64,000 nucleotides of DNA, taken from NCBI RefSeq assembly GCF_040938485.1, contig NW_027272270.1, forward strand, positions 372,001-436,000, read 5' to 3'. Origin of the DNA: Diadema antillarum (taxonomy: Eukaryota). This document shows positions 25,108 through 38,400 of the stretch, in pieces (position 1 is the first letter of the stretch; the number at the start of each line of letters is the position of its first letter). Under the pieces are notes generated by a model. That model was not told the DNA's origin. It saw only the letters and a list, made by a program, of their open reading frames with translations, and made no database searches. The translations under genes were made by a program, and so were the position numbers.

Positions 25108-26147
25108 TGACGGTTTGACCTGGCATGTAGATATTATTGAACTTTACGGATGTATCACCATGATATAATTTTGATAGAGAAAACTAGATAAAACGGCTAC
25201 CTTGAGATAGGAAAAGAGCTACCTAATAAGTGGTTATCCCATGTACATGCTAAGGTACAGAGGCTATCGCATGAGCAAAGCCAATGTAAACTTCTTTTTT
25301 CTGTCAGTGCATAATCTCACCTTAAGTGGCCTACAAAGGCTGAGCTACACATTTCAAACATGATTATTAGGCCCTCTGTTTTTTTGTTTTACAAGTTTTC
25401 TAGGAAACTCCGCTGTTCCAATTTGATTTCCAACTTTAAATTTCTGAAGTACAAAGATGATTCTCTTTTCGACAGCGAGACAAAAAGTAAACGGGATGAT
25501 TTCGGATGAAACGCCAAATATTGTTTCTACTCGACAAGCTAGCATTGTCGAGACGAGAAGACAAGATAATAATGCACCGGCAAGATTGACCACCATAATT
25601 TTGTGTGTGTACTGGTTCCTAGAATGTCGACCAGTCAATTTTTAACAGCTCGTCCCATTGTGTTTCTGTCCTCAACAAGGCAACGTTTTTATTAACTGTA
25701 TGGTACTTTCATGTATAAAAGTTCAGAGCGAGTCGACTCGTCGAATTCCAACAACTCGTCCACTCTACTGGCACTTGTTTGTATTTCACCCTTTCATCTT
25801 CCTTGTTACAAAATATCTCGTGTTCTTGCCAATTTGAAGATTCTTCCAAAATTACCTTGTGTTTGAATATCTGCGTGTTGACCCTTCATTTGCCGTAATG
25901 TTTCTTGTTTTGCAGTTACCTTAATTTTGTAGTTGGCTCTACAGTAGTTTGATTTGTTTAGTTTGTCGTAGATGACGAGTTTCATTAGTGGAGAACAATG
26001 AACAGTAGAGTACAAATGATCAATTTTATTCCCTCATGCTTGTTGGCATATGATATATAAAACAATAGAATACTCGTGGGATATAAAAACGAAAAGGAGA
26101 ATACAATACAGTTCTCGTGTAAATCAACGTGAGAACAAATCTACTAG

Positions 26148-26149
<2 letters not shown>

Positions 26150-26200
<51 letters not shown>

Positions 26201-26226
26201 TGTGTGTATGTGTATGTGTGTGTGTG
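26150..26226. repeat. (TG)n microsatellite
   Basis: Direct reading. Similar CA/TG tracts at about 17262-17347, 49880-49907, 58908-58944 and 59996-60035. Confidence 0.95.
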
Positions 26227-29200
26227 CATGTTTGCATTGGAGTCAGGGTTGATGCATACCATTTGTTTCTCATGGATGACTCATGCATACACAGGATAAA
26301 TTGCACTGATTCATTGCTAGACTCATAAAATAGGGGAATACAATGAAACGCAGTAAACTGAATGTAGCTGATATGAAAACATTTCATACTATTAGTCTTG
26401 CTTTATTCACTGTCTCAGTGTCAACAATTAAACATGTACTTTGGTATATCCACCTTACAATAGTACATCTTCCAGACTACAAGTACACATTCTCTTATTT
26501 AGACTGAGTCTTTATTTGTATAAAATACATAATTTCATGACTGACATTATTTCATGCATAAGTAGTGTGATATATTCTGTACTATACAAAAAAAAAATAG
26601 ATTATGTGAAAACATTAAATGACTTAAAAAGTACAAATACGTCATGTATAAATGGCATACAAAGAATATAAAGTAAAATCTTTGAGTGGAAATTAATACC
26701 GGATAGTCTTTGTGTCTAATTACTACAGAGTACTTTGCTAATGTCATTGAAATGAGTGTTTGCTTGCAGTCACGAAAAATCAAAATTCGCAGGAAAAAAA
26801 AACACATAAAAAGCATTTCCTGATAATCACTCAAGATATAGGAAAGGTATGACCATATACAAACATAATCACTTGGCAATTCTGGTTTCAGAGCAATCAT
26901 TTTATCAAAAGGCAAATATAAGAGTATATTTCTGCACTTTCACTGATAACACTACTAATCACTCACTATGAGCAGGATTTCACACAAGAAATTGCAACAA
27001 CATGAAGCATGTTCATTCTTCATTTTAGCAAGAGAGAAAGTTGTTACTTGCCAGGACTATTTTAAGAAGGTGAAACTGCTTGTTTTAATTCGATGGTAAT
27101 ATGCACTAAATTTCCTTGCACAAAAAGAGCACCCAGACACTCTTGTAAAGATACCTTTCATGTACAGCTTTAAAAAGTCTAAATAAATCAGTGATGATCA
27201 AATAATGATGAACAAAGAAAGTGGAAATTACAGCTTTGTTTCATTAGTAAACTCAAGAGGGCAGTATTCAAATATTAAAAAACTTTCAGACAACCCTCTT
27301 TGTTTTTTATACGTAACTTCTTGCCTTTCACATTTGTTATGAGGGAAATAATAACCTCTGGAATCATGAGAGAGAAGGCAGTTGGAATGGATACTTCTTG
27401 ACATAGCGTGAAATTAGATGAAAAAGTGAATCTGAAAAAAAAAAAGTTGAGTTCATCACTACGCACAATAAGAATCATATGGTAAATCTAGCCATGCATC
27501 AACAGCGAGTGCATCATAAGTACAATATCATGCTTGAAGTGATACAATGTAGTCATATTTCAGTATTCATAATTTCACAGACGAAAGAAAGTTTATGGTC
27601 CTGCATCAAATGTTACTACATCACTCTACATAATTTTCTTCTACACCTTAAATCATCCTACATGATATTCTATCACATGTCTGTAAAGATACAGGCTGTC
27701 ATTTGCAACATCTGACACTTTATCATTGTGATCTGGACAGGCAAGATTTGTTTACAAAACATATTTTTACAAGATCATTCTGTTACTTTTTTCATCTTCT
27801 GTTTTCGACGCAAGTGGGCACAAACAGACACGGAAATTGGAATGTCTTGGGAATTCTTGGTACAACTGGAAAAGATGATAAGTCCCTGAAAATGACAGCT
27901 AACTTCCATTTTGTCACTCATGAACCAGAAGGAAATTGATTCAATTTTGCACCATTTCTACATTTTCCCTGAATAATTATGATGAAGTATCAAACAGAAA
28001 AAAAGGCACTCTCAATAATTTTGACCTCAGAGTTCATCATCCACCCACCAATCATCCAAACACTGAATTTATTATTACGTAAAGAAGTAGCCATTACAAT
28101 CCTTGCTCAGCTGCATGCAGCACCAACTCTATGAAGCACATTCTCTACCATCCTCTGTTCCATTTCCCTTATTCAGCGTGTAGGTATTCTCTCATTCTCT
28201 CTTTTCTTCTTTCTTTCCTTCCATACTTTTCATCTATTCTGGCAAGTTGTGTCATGTTGTTGCGTTTCTTCTGTTTTGTCCCGTCCTGTCGTATATTATA
28301 TTCGTCACAAGTGTTTGTAAATAAGTAATTTATAGGTTTTATGAGTGGTTCACAATCTACAAGCTTTGCTTTTTAGTGGACCTCTCTATTCTTTCTTCCT
28401 TTTTTTTTCAACTGAAGCATGACTTTGTATTATTTTTTTTTTGCCAGTATGCGCTCCTATGTTTATTGATACCATTTATTGATTAAGACAAATGTTCTTT
28501 GTTTATGATGTAAAACCTGATTTATCTTGTGTTATGTTTTTGTTGAAAAAAAAAAGGAAGAAGAATGAAAATAAATGAATTGAACTGAATTGAATTGACC
28601 TGCTTTGGTTTGACCAAGGAAGGGGCTAATGCACATAATATGAGCTGTCAAAAAGGGGGGGGGGGAATAACAAGTATTCAAATTTGCATTCTGCAATCTG
28701 CATTCAAATTTACGGATACATTTTCCTCAATGACATAGTCGAGAGCTAATCATCCATTGCTTTTGAATATACAGTATCTCATAATGTGGCCCCTGGTTTT
28801 CATCCCATCATTTGTTGCTATGTCAGGCAATGCTCTGCAGGCACATTTTATTCCATTATTATCAGGCATAACCCTTGTTTCAAAAGTGCACATAGAATTT
28901 GAACATCTTCAGACAACCTAATCTATTTGCACATCACATCAAAAGGCAAGTTTCCCTTCTGTTTAAATGCTAGACGGGCGTTCACGCATGGTGAGTTCAT
29001 ATGTAACAATATAAGTATCTGAGATTTGCAATAAGGCCCCTCTGGCTCTGAAACAGTCATTATCCTTGACGAATGATAAGAATACTACTTCAACCTATGA
29101 CCCCTGCACCAAGATTAGTGGTCTCCTTACACTGATGAACATCGTATTACTCGTTAAATTTCTCTACCTCGGCCAAAATTGTTTCATCCTTTCTCATGAC

Positions 29201-31584
29201 ATAGCAGGGAGTTTTCTCTACACGACGGGAAGACCGAGAATACACGGAAGCAATCAGCTGTGACAGTCCCCGTACTCGGACTCCCGTCCCCATATGTAAG
29301 CAGTTTCGCTTTCCTGTACAGGACGGAGGCGTGGGGACAAGATCACTGATTGGCTGGCTCACTTGTGCCCAGCATCGGGACCGAATGCCATTTTGGCCGA
29401 GTACCGTACTCATTTTCCTCAGGATGGGACGTTTCTTGGATTTGAACATGCGCAGAAGCAAATTTTGCACACGGCACGCTCAACTCCCAGCCACATCGTG
29501 CTTGCAAAAACTCCCTAATATCTAGAGTAGGAAAGACTTTGTCATGTGGAAAACAAAGGAATGCTGTGTGCATGTGAGTCCAGTGTTACCTAAATCACCA
29601 TCCTCTTGAGAAATTTTGAAAATGGTCAGGAAAAGAATGTACTGATATGAAAAATAAATGCTCTACACATGTGACTCTGGGATTTTGCTGACCTAGCTTG
29701 GTCATCAGTAGGCTGACATTTAGTTTTGGTTTACAAGGGGCTTCAGATTTTTTTATTCATTATTTTTGTGTGTGTGTGTGTGTGTAAGATAAAGAGAGAC
29801 TACTTATGAATTATGAAAAAAAGTATACAATTCTAATAGGAAATCAAAGTTTATTTCATAAAATTCAGTTCTGAAATGCCTGAGATATCCAAAAACAAAG
29901 TGGCCCTAAGAAAAGGTGGGACCTCTTATAATTGTATGATCTCTCATATTTCATAAGTGGTTTCTCCATATCTTACAAAAAAAGTTAAAAAACACAACCC
30001 CTATATCAACCAAAGCTAAACCATACCTTTGTATACACAGAATATAAAACCTCTATAAGAGTTATCATTTCGTGAAAAGCCCATCCTAAAAATCAGTGTG
30101 TGTGTGAATAGAGGCAGAAGAGTGAAAGGAAGAGGACAGTGAAAGTTTGAGGATATTCTGATTAGAATGAAGACAGGTACGTTTAAAGTTGTGTTCAATC
30201 AGGCACAAATTGGCAACTCCATGAAGTAGCATGAGAGCTCACGATAAATTTTACCCTGTGCATAAAATTCCATGGAAACCTTTTTTTTTCTGTCATTAAT
30301 GTCAGAATATTCTTTTAAAGGGGTTGTGTAGAAAAAAAAAATATTTGTAATGATAACACTAAGGGTTCATAAATGACTGGAAATTTCCTGGACTGGAAAA
30401 TTGACAATTTCTTATTTTATAGCACAGAGCAAATGGTGGATGAGCTTGCATTGTGACCAAGAGAATTCACTGATCTCACCTACAAGAAATCATGACTTTC
30501 TCGTTGTTCATCAAAATATGATAAAGCTTTCACTTTCAAACTAAATTTCATGGTGGATTTCCCCATTCACTGTATATTACTTCATGACTCTTGTAACATT
30601 GATCGAAACACATGAAAGTTATTCCCTTTGTATATTACTTGTGTGACCTCATCCACATCAGTGAAACATATGCAGGTTACTCACTCAATATCTCTGTGAA
30701 ATATGAGATTTACACAACGATAATTTCATCAAATGTACACCTGTAAGAACACTGCATTAATATTCCCCATAATAGAATAAGAATTACATAAGTAGAAAGC
30801 AGCCTGAGCTCCATGTTGTGTAGAACATACTCTAGATAGCAGATATTATATCACAAAAATATGTACAATTTGCATAACAAACATGCAGTACTATTTTGAT
30901 ATATCACATAAAATTTAGTTGCATAACTAGTTTGCACACACACACACACACTTAAGAACTTTTCAAGTTAAAACAAAAAAAGATCTTTGTTCACATATGA
31001 ATTATTTCCCTTCATACCAATGTCACAGAACATTAAACTAAAAAGACATGACACATAATCTACCCATAATCATAAGAACCTGGAGTATGTGCTGAAAAGA
31101 AATTATTGATTTGAAATTGCACACCTTTAAATACAAACCTCAAAACTCCAGAAACTTTGCATCAATTTTAGAGAAAATGATAACGCAGAAACTCCCAGTC
31201 AACCAGGCATTTCTTTGCAAGTGCAGGTACAGGGCAGGACATGGATTAAATAACGAGACCCATTTTGACACTGTACACACATACATAGAGACATGTCTTG
31301 CGTCAACCTTTATTGGTTATGTGACATGCCTCCACAACACCAAGCATTTTGCTTCCATGCAAGGTTAGTACAGATGCACTCCCTCTGTGGTTTTAAGAAA
31401 AAAAGTGCTGAACAGTAAAGGATGTTCAGCTTCCTGCACTCAATCTCAAAAATAAGGCCAATTCGAATCTCATTTCATTAAATCTCTCTGTCATGATGTG
31501 CTGGTATCTCACACGTCTGGAACACCTCTAGAACCCAGTGGACCCCGTCCTGATTGGCGGCGAAAACACTTCAACCCACATGCT

Positions 31585-34500
31585 TTACTTGGCAAAGACC
31601 TTCTGAAGCTTGTCCTTGTGCACCCAGGCGGCACCCCCTGCACCCGCCAGAACGACGCAGGTCCCAACGAAACGGAGAAAGCCCGAGACCGACGGAATGA
31701 ATTTCTCCTTCCACGACACGGCAAACGGCAGGGCGGGCATGTCCTGCGAGAAGTGGTAATGCACAACAAAGTTAAAATGTTATACAGCTGATCGGTTTGC
31801 ATACGTGTGCTTGCATGCATTTTACCATGAAACCTCTAATCCTGCTGATACGTCCATTGTCTAAATCTACCTCATCACACTTTCTCTCTTTTTGTTCAGG
31901 CTTGCCCTTTAATTTTTTTTTAATTTTCTACTCTCTTTCTTTTTCTCTGTTCTCACCATGAAGTATTGGTAGCTATGCCTTTCCTCCCCCTTTTTCTTTG
32001 TTTTTTTATTTCTATTTTTTTTTTTAACATTTGCCATTCACCTCCTGTCTCTATGAAAGGTACAAAAATATATCAGTGATGAAATAATGTGCATACCCAA
32101 TAAAGCAGTGCTTCTCAACCAGTAGGCTCTCTCAGGTGAGCCACGATGTCGGCCAAAAATGAAATAAAAAAGGGTTCTTATTCAATATCAGTGGGCCTCA
32201 AAAAAAAATAAAATAAAATTGCGAGAGCCCAAGTGGGCCTCGGATTAAAAAGGGTTAAGAAGCATGGAAACAGAGGGTGTTTATTCCTCTGTATTTGAAA
32301 AAAAAAAAATTCAAGAGATATGTGTTGACTGATGATGCCTGTGTTTCCTGGTAAGACTCACATTCAAGACAGCCATTTTGAGGCAACGATGGTGCGTTGT
32401 GTTTGTTGGAGGGCTGATATCAAATGATCATGACTATTTACCACCAACACACTGAATGACCTGTAATCTTTCACACAGATCTATTGCATCATTAATTCAT
32501 TTACTTGAATAGGAGGATCAAAAATGAGGATGGTATCAGTGATAATGATGATGGTAGTGAAGATAATGATATAAAGATGATAATGATGAATGCCAACTCT
32601 ATCCAACTCTATCCAACTCTATCTGACTTTGAATTTCCAATAAATCAATGTTAAGTTTGTACACACTTGACTGATGTGTTAAGAGAGTTTTTTCATCCTG
32701 GTGGTTAAAAGGTGCTATATAAATGCATGTATGATGTTATGTTATGATACCAATAACTAAGAGTATAATGATGATGATATGAAAATACTGATGTGAAGTA
32801 GGCTGATGATTAGTAAAAAAGAAATTGCTGAAAATTATGACAATGCTGCAAAAATAGATAAAAAGATTAAAAAAAAACCAAAACTGACCACTCCAGCAGC
32901 TGTTGCTTCAAAATCTTTCACATTACCAGTCTCACCTGTGCTTCTGGTTCTTCCTGCCATACTTCATCCCCGGATATTTTCCCCATGTTGTGCAAAATCT
33001 GTACAAGAGACATGCAAAATCATTGACTGAAGTCATGTGACAGCTAGGTCATGTGACAGTCAGGTGACAGGTGGTCCTCGATTGACATGGAACAATCACC
33101 AGCAAGTAAATCCTCTTCACCCTTCATCCTTACCCCTTTCCACCCTCCTTCTTCCCTTATTCTCATTCCTCCCTCCCCCCCACCCCCAATGATATTTCTT
33201 TCTTCTTGACCTTAATCACCCTCCTCCTCCACCACATCTTCTATGACTTCCTGATGTTTACATATTTCCAACTTTCGTGGTCCATATTACAGGGATGCCA
33301 ACCCTGAAAATAGCACTGCAGAGTCCTGAGGCCCGAATAGGTGCATATTCGGAGGAAAAACAATATTCTTATCTTACTTACAACAGTCAAGTGCAATAAT
33401 ACAATTTGAGAAAAACACTATTTTCCATGAACCTTGCAGTGCTCTTGACAAAGAAAAAACAACAAACAAACAAAATACAAAATAATGTGAAAAAGGAACA
33501 ATTGGCATCTCTGGTCCACTGATCACCTCAGCACAGTCTATAAATCACTATAACATCCACACAGGATTTGCATTCAAATCTGTGAATTGAGTCTCTTGTA
33601 ATGAAGATACAGGTGTACTGCATGCAAGATGAAGGCCCATACAAAGGTATTCAAATGCATTTTACCATTGCATTTACATCTTATTTCTATCTTTCTTTTC
33701 TCTGTGGCACATACAATTTCTGTCCAGACACTCTAAAAAAATTTACACTTTATCTTCTGAGTATTCACAATCCACTTGCTTGAGATTCAAGTTATTTGAC
33801 CTATTAATTAATTTTCATCTCTTTCTCTCTCACAGATGTATGTACTAGGAAGAATGATAGTCCTTGGATAGACCAATACAAAGCCTATCACACCGCAACT
33901 TATGAGGCTAATCAATATACAAATGACGCACAGGTCTGAGTGCGTCAGTCGGAATTGTGTGCATAAGGTAACTATGGAATGCTTAACCCATGAGGCGAAG
34001 CCGAGTGGTGGGTTTAGGCTATAAAATTCCATAGTTACCGCATGCACACTATATTCAGACTGACGCACGAAAAGACATGTGCGTCATTTGATTTATAGAA
34101 TGGGTAATTTTCTTGCCAAAAACCTATTTTTCTATCGTGTTACCCGATGACAAAATGACTGGATGCATTTGCTTTTGGCTTGCCGTAAACGAGCATGCAT
34201 CAGTTTTTACTGGACGCACGGCCAGCCATGCAATTAGTTTTTACTGGACGCATGGCCAACCTAAGTGCGCGAACGCTTGCTTAGTGCGCGAACCTTTGTT
34301 ACAAGTACGCGTACTCTTGAAAAGTGCGCGATTACATGTTTACCACTGTGACTCGGCGTGCGGCCAGTAAAAATCAACGCATAGCTCTCGACCAGTCAGA
34401 TCGCAGGATTCTCGCTACCCATTTTATAACATAGACTTTAATAATCACTGTGCATGCTACATTTGAATAAAAAAAAGAAAAGAATGACTACCGACCTCCC

Positions 34501-35447
34501 TGGCAGCCCTTTCTCCAGCCTGAACTGCCCCATCCATGTATCCAGACCATTTAGTGGCTGTCTCTGTTCCAGCAAAGTACAGCCGACCGATAGGTTCTCG
34601 CAGGGCTCTGCCCAACAGAAGTACAACAAAGGAACAAGTTCTAGGAAATATTTCTAGTATTTCTTGTGCATCTTGGCAATATCACATTAACAAATTCTTT
34701 GGGAAAAAAAAGCAACAAAGTCCCTAGCATGCAAATTACTGTTTATAGACTCAAACATCAATATTACTTAATAACAATTGATCTATTTGAAAATGACTTT
34801 CACTTCTTATGCTGGAAGGTACTGTCTACGTAAAAAAAAAAAAATAGATAAATAAAGAAAAAAATAAAGAAAAATGACAATAATTATTGTGTTAGAGAAT
34901 AATGTCTAGAGTAATCACATTCACAGGAAATAAGGAAATTCTGGGATGAGACATTTCAATTTTCCACTGCAGAAAGAGGAGGTAATTTAATGTCAGACTG
35001 TACACAATGATACATGGTAACTGTAATAACTCGTTAATGATGGACATTTCTTTTCCATTTATCAATTTTTCTGCACTACAATGGCAGCCTCAAGAAATGG
35101 TATGGAGGTGTATCCTATTACCGAATGATTTTTGTTTTATTGCTCCAAACGGGCAACATTATGCAATAATTCAGCCAAAAATATCCTTTAGATAATTGAA
35201 ATGCTGATGACTTTAGCTGTAATGAAAATACTTGAAAAATAAGCCAACTTCTAGAAAAAATGCGTATTTCAAATAACCCTTCTACAAAAATTGTCTCTTT
35301 TTACTGACGCAAATCGTATTGTATTACCGAACGTGCGCCCTCTGTGTGGGGAAAATTGTACATTGTATTTTCGGTCAATGTTTATTAACGCAGGACAACG
35401 AACATCGAAATTTTAGCAATTATTGCGTAAATTTGAGGTAAATTACG

Positions 35448-35480
<33 letters not shown>

Positions 35481-38400
35481 CAGTTTAGCAATTTTCGGCA
35501 CTGGCTTCCCCTGTGAGATAACAGCGCGTAGTGCAATGAATGTGTATTCGAGTTGTTGTATGCGCTCCATTGACAAAGTACGCGTTCGGTAATAGGATAC
35601 CGTTCGGTGATAGGATACCTGACTATACTGCTGTCATTACAAAATCCATCATGACAGAAACCAGTAACAGTTTGTTGTGAAAAGTCAATTATTTCAATTT
35701 TCCTCACACTCATCTATGATATCAATGACTACGTCATTCATTGAAAACTGTCAAAAACACGCCAAGATCACACATACCATGCCCAAACTAACCTAACAGT
35801 TAGATGTGCACAATAAGGATCAATACATTGATTAGTCACAAACAGAGACTTAATTCAGACAATTCCATTGTCAGGAACTTGGTTATTCAGCAACTGTTTT
35901 GTCTTAATCCTCTCTGGCTCACACTTATAAATTTTTACAGCTGCACAGTATATCATGCTAGGATCTTGCTTTTGGCTGTGATAGAGATACACTCACTTGA
36001 GCACGATACATACCGTAAAGCAAGAGAAATATTCACAAATTGCAGTTGACGACCTTTTTCGCTGCATGAAAATTTTGCTTATTGCCACTGGCGTCCAACG
36101 CATTACAGTGTAGACAAGAACTTTCGCATGCAGTTTGACTACCCAAATCTTTGTTGGCTCTTGTGAAATTCGCAAAATTAAAATGCACATGAACATTTCT
36201 GGTTTTACATTTCTGCTTTCTGTCATCCAATCATGAGACAAACATTTGACAATTCTAAAGTAGTATCTTAAAGACAAAAAAATCTTTCTATTACTAATGT
36301 AAAAAAAAAGAAGAATAGTTATTGAGTTATTACTAATGTTTACAACAACAACAAAAAAAAAACGAATACAGTCAACCTCACCTACGTCGAAACTATTTGG
36401 ACTGAAGAAAGAGCTTCAACTTAAGAGAAAAATCAGACTTATGAGGGATTAAAATCAATAGAATATAAAGTGAAGAGGACTTGAAAAGACCTTCGACTTA
36501 GGCGATTACTCGTCTTGTGCAAGGTCGACTGTAATAAGCAAGGTTGACTGTACTTTTTTGAGGATCTCCCAAAATGACTGTACCTTTGAACCTACAATCT
36601 ATGACTTATTGTCTGTCTCCCATGAATTCCAACAAATTTAAACTGGGCACCGGTGACTATGTAACTCACTTCCAGTATTTTGTGATGATGCCTGGAACGG
36701 TGTAGCCCACGTAACCTCCACCAATGTATGGCTCCTCCATCCAATTCTTTTCAATGTACATCACAGGCTTGAAATGACATGGACGAGGGAACAGGAACCA
36801 ACACCAACACACACAAACACACACACAAATAAAAATGAAGGAATACACAGTGATAAACCAAACAAAAATCAACATCAAACCCACATCCTATCTCCCTACT
36901 TACCAGCAAAAAATTGCCGTATGTTGTACTCAGAGCCCTTATATCTACACAATGTATACAGGTCCACAAGGCCTGGGTAGACCTTTCTTTGCCTTTGTTT
37001 GCGCAATGAAATCACATGCCATGCGATTTGTATAACATTTATAAAATAAAAAAAAATCATTGCATTTTTAGAATCAACGCAAAGAACATGAATGACATTT
37101 GACCCAGAAGAAATAAAAGGATTATGGGAAAGGTGAGTTTGAAAGGGACATGCCTGAGCAGTAGATATCTGTCAAGAATGTGCTTTCGAAAGGTTGCAGT
37201 CCTTTGGTAATGAACATGCATCTTTATACATGACAACAGAAAATTGCAGGCCTGGGGTGATATTCTGAAAATCTTCCTAAGTTTTTTCCTAAGTTTCTTC
37301 CTAAGTCAGAAACTTAGGAAGTGCCTAGGAAAGACAAAATTGGTATTCTGAAATTTCTTCCTAGGCACTTCTTAATGCAAATTAGGCCATCCTTATTCCC
37401 GCCCACGTCCTTTCCTAAGCCAATACGAAATGCCGTATCATAAGGAACTAACCGATGTCTGCCAATGACAATCGCATATTACTATGACGTAGGGTCAAAT
37501 ACACGAGGGCGCGGGATGTCCCCTTTCTCACGCTCATTTCGCGCATCAAGGTACATGTGCGCGCAATGACTGACAAGCGCGCCTATCACGATGCTTGCAG
37601 TTTGCTATTCTTAACAACGTACTTAGGACAGGGGTGGAGCTTTCCTAAATATTTTCCTAAAATTCTTTCCTAAGTGCATTCTAGAATACCAACTTCTTCC
37701 TAAGTCAGAAATTTACATATTCCCGCCCCCTCCTAATTTTCTTCCTAAGTCTACTTAGGAAGAAACTTAGGAAGATTTTCAGAATACCACTCAGGAAAAA
37801 ATCCTGACTTAGGAAGAAATTTCTTCCTAGGAAGGATTTCAGAATACCACCCCTGGGGTGGTATTCTGAAAATCTTCCTAAGTTTCTTCCTAAGTTTCTT
37901 CCTAAGTCAGAAACTAAGGAAGTGCCTAGGAAAGACAAAATTGGTATTCTGAAATTTCTTCCTAGGCACTTCTTAATGCAAATTAGGCCATCCTTATCCC
38001 CGCCCACGTCCTTTCTTAAGCCAATACGAAATGCCGTATCATCAGGAACCAACCAATGACAATCGCATATTACTATGACGTAGGGTCAAATACACGTGTG
38101 CGCGACATGTCCCCTTTCTCAAGCTCGTTTCACGCATCAGAGTACATGTGCGCGCAGTGAATGACAAGCGCGCCTATCACGATATCTGCAGATTGCTATT
38201 CTTAACAACGTACTTAGGACAGGGGTGGAGCTTTCCTAAATATCTTCCTAAATTTCTTTCCTAAGTGCATTCTAGAATACCAACTTCTTCCTAAGTCAGA
38301 AATTTGCATACTCCTGCCCCCTTCCTAAGTTTCTTCCTAAGTTTAGGAAAAAACTTTGGAATAGACTTAGGAAGAAACTTAGGAAGATTTCAGAATACCA

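Noticed and set aside
26026-26387. ORFs rich in HT/CV dipeptides (also near 58760 and 59947)
   Set aside because: Translations of (CA)n/(TG)n microsatellites.
29147-29573. GC-richer island with overlapping ORFs downstream of MAO
   Set aside because: No recognisable motif in any frame and no consistent splice-phase partner. It is left unannotated.
32106-32267. hAT-like MITE (CAGTGCTTCTCAACC...GGTTAAGAAGCA); similar case at 39613-39811
   Set aside because: The termini are degenerate and no 8-bp TSD could be found.
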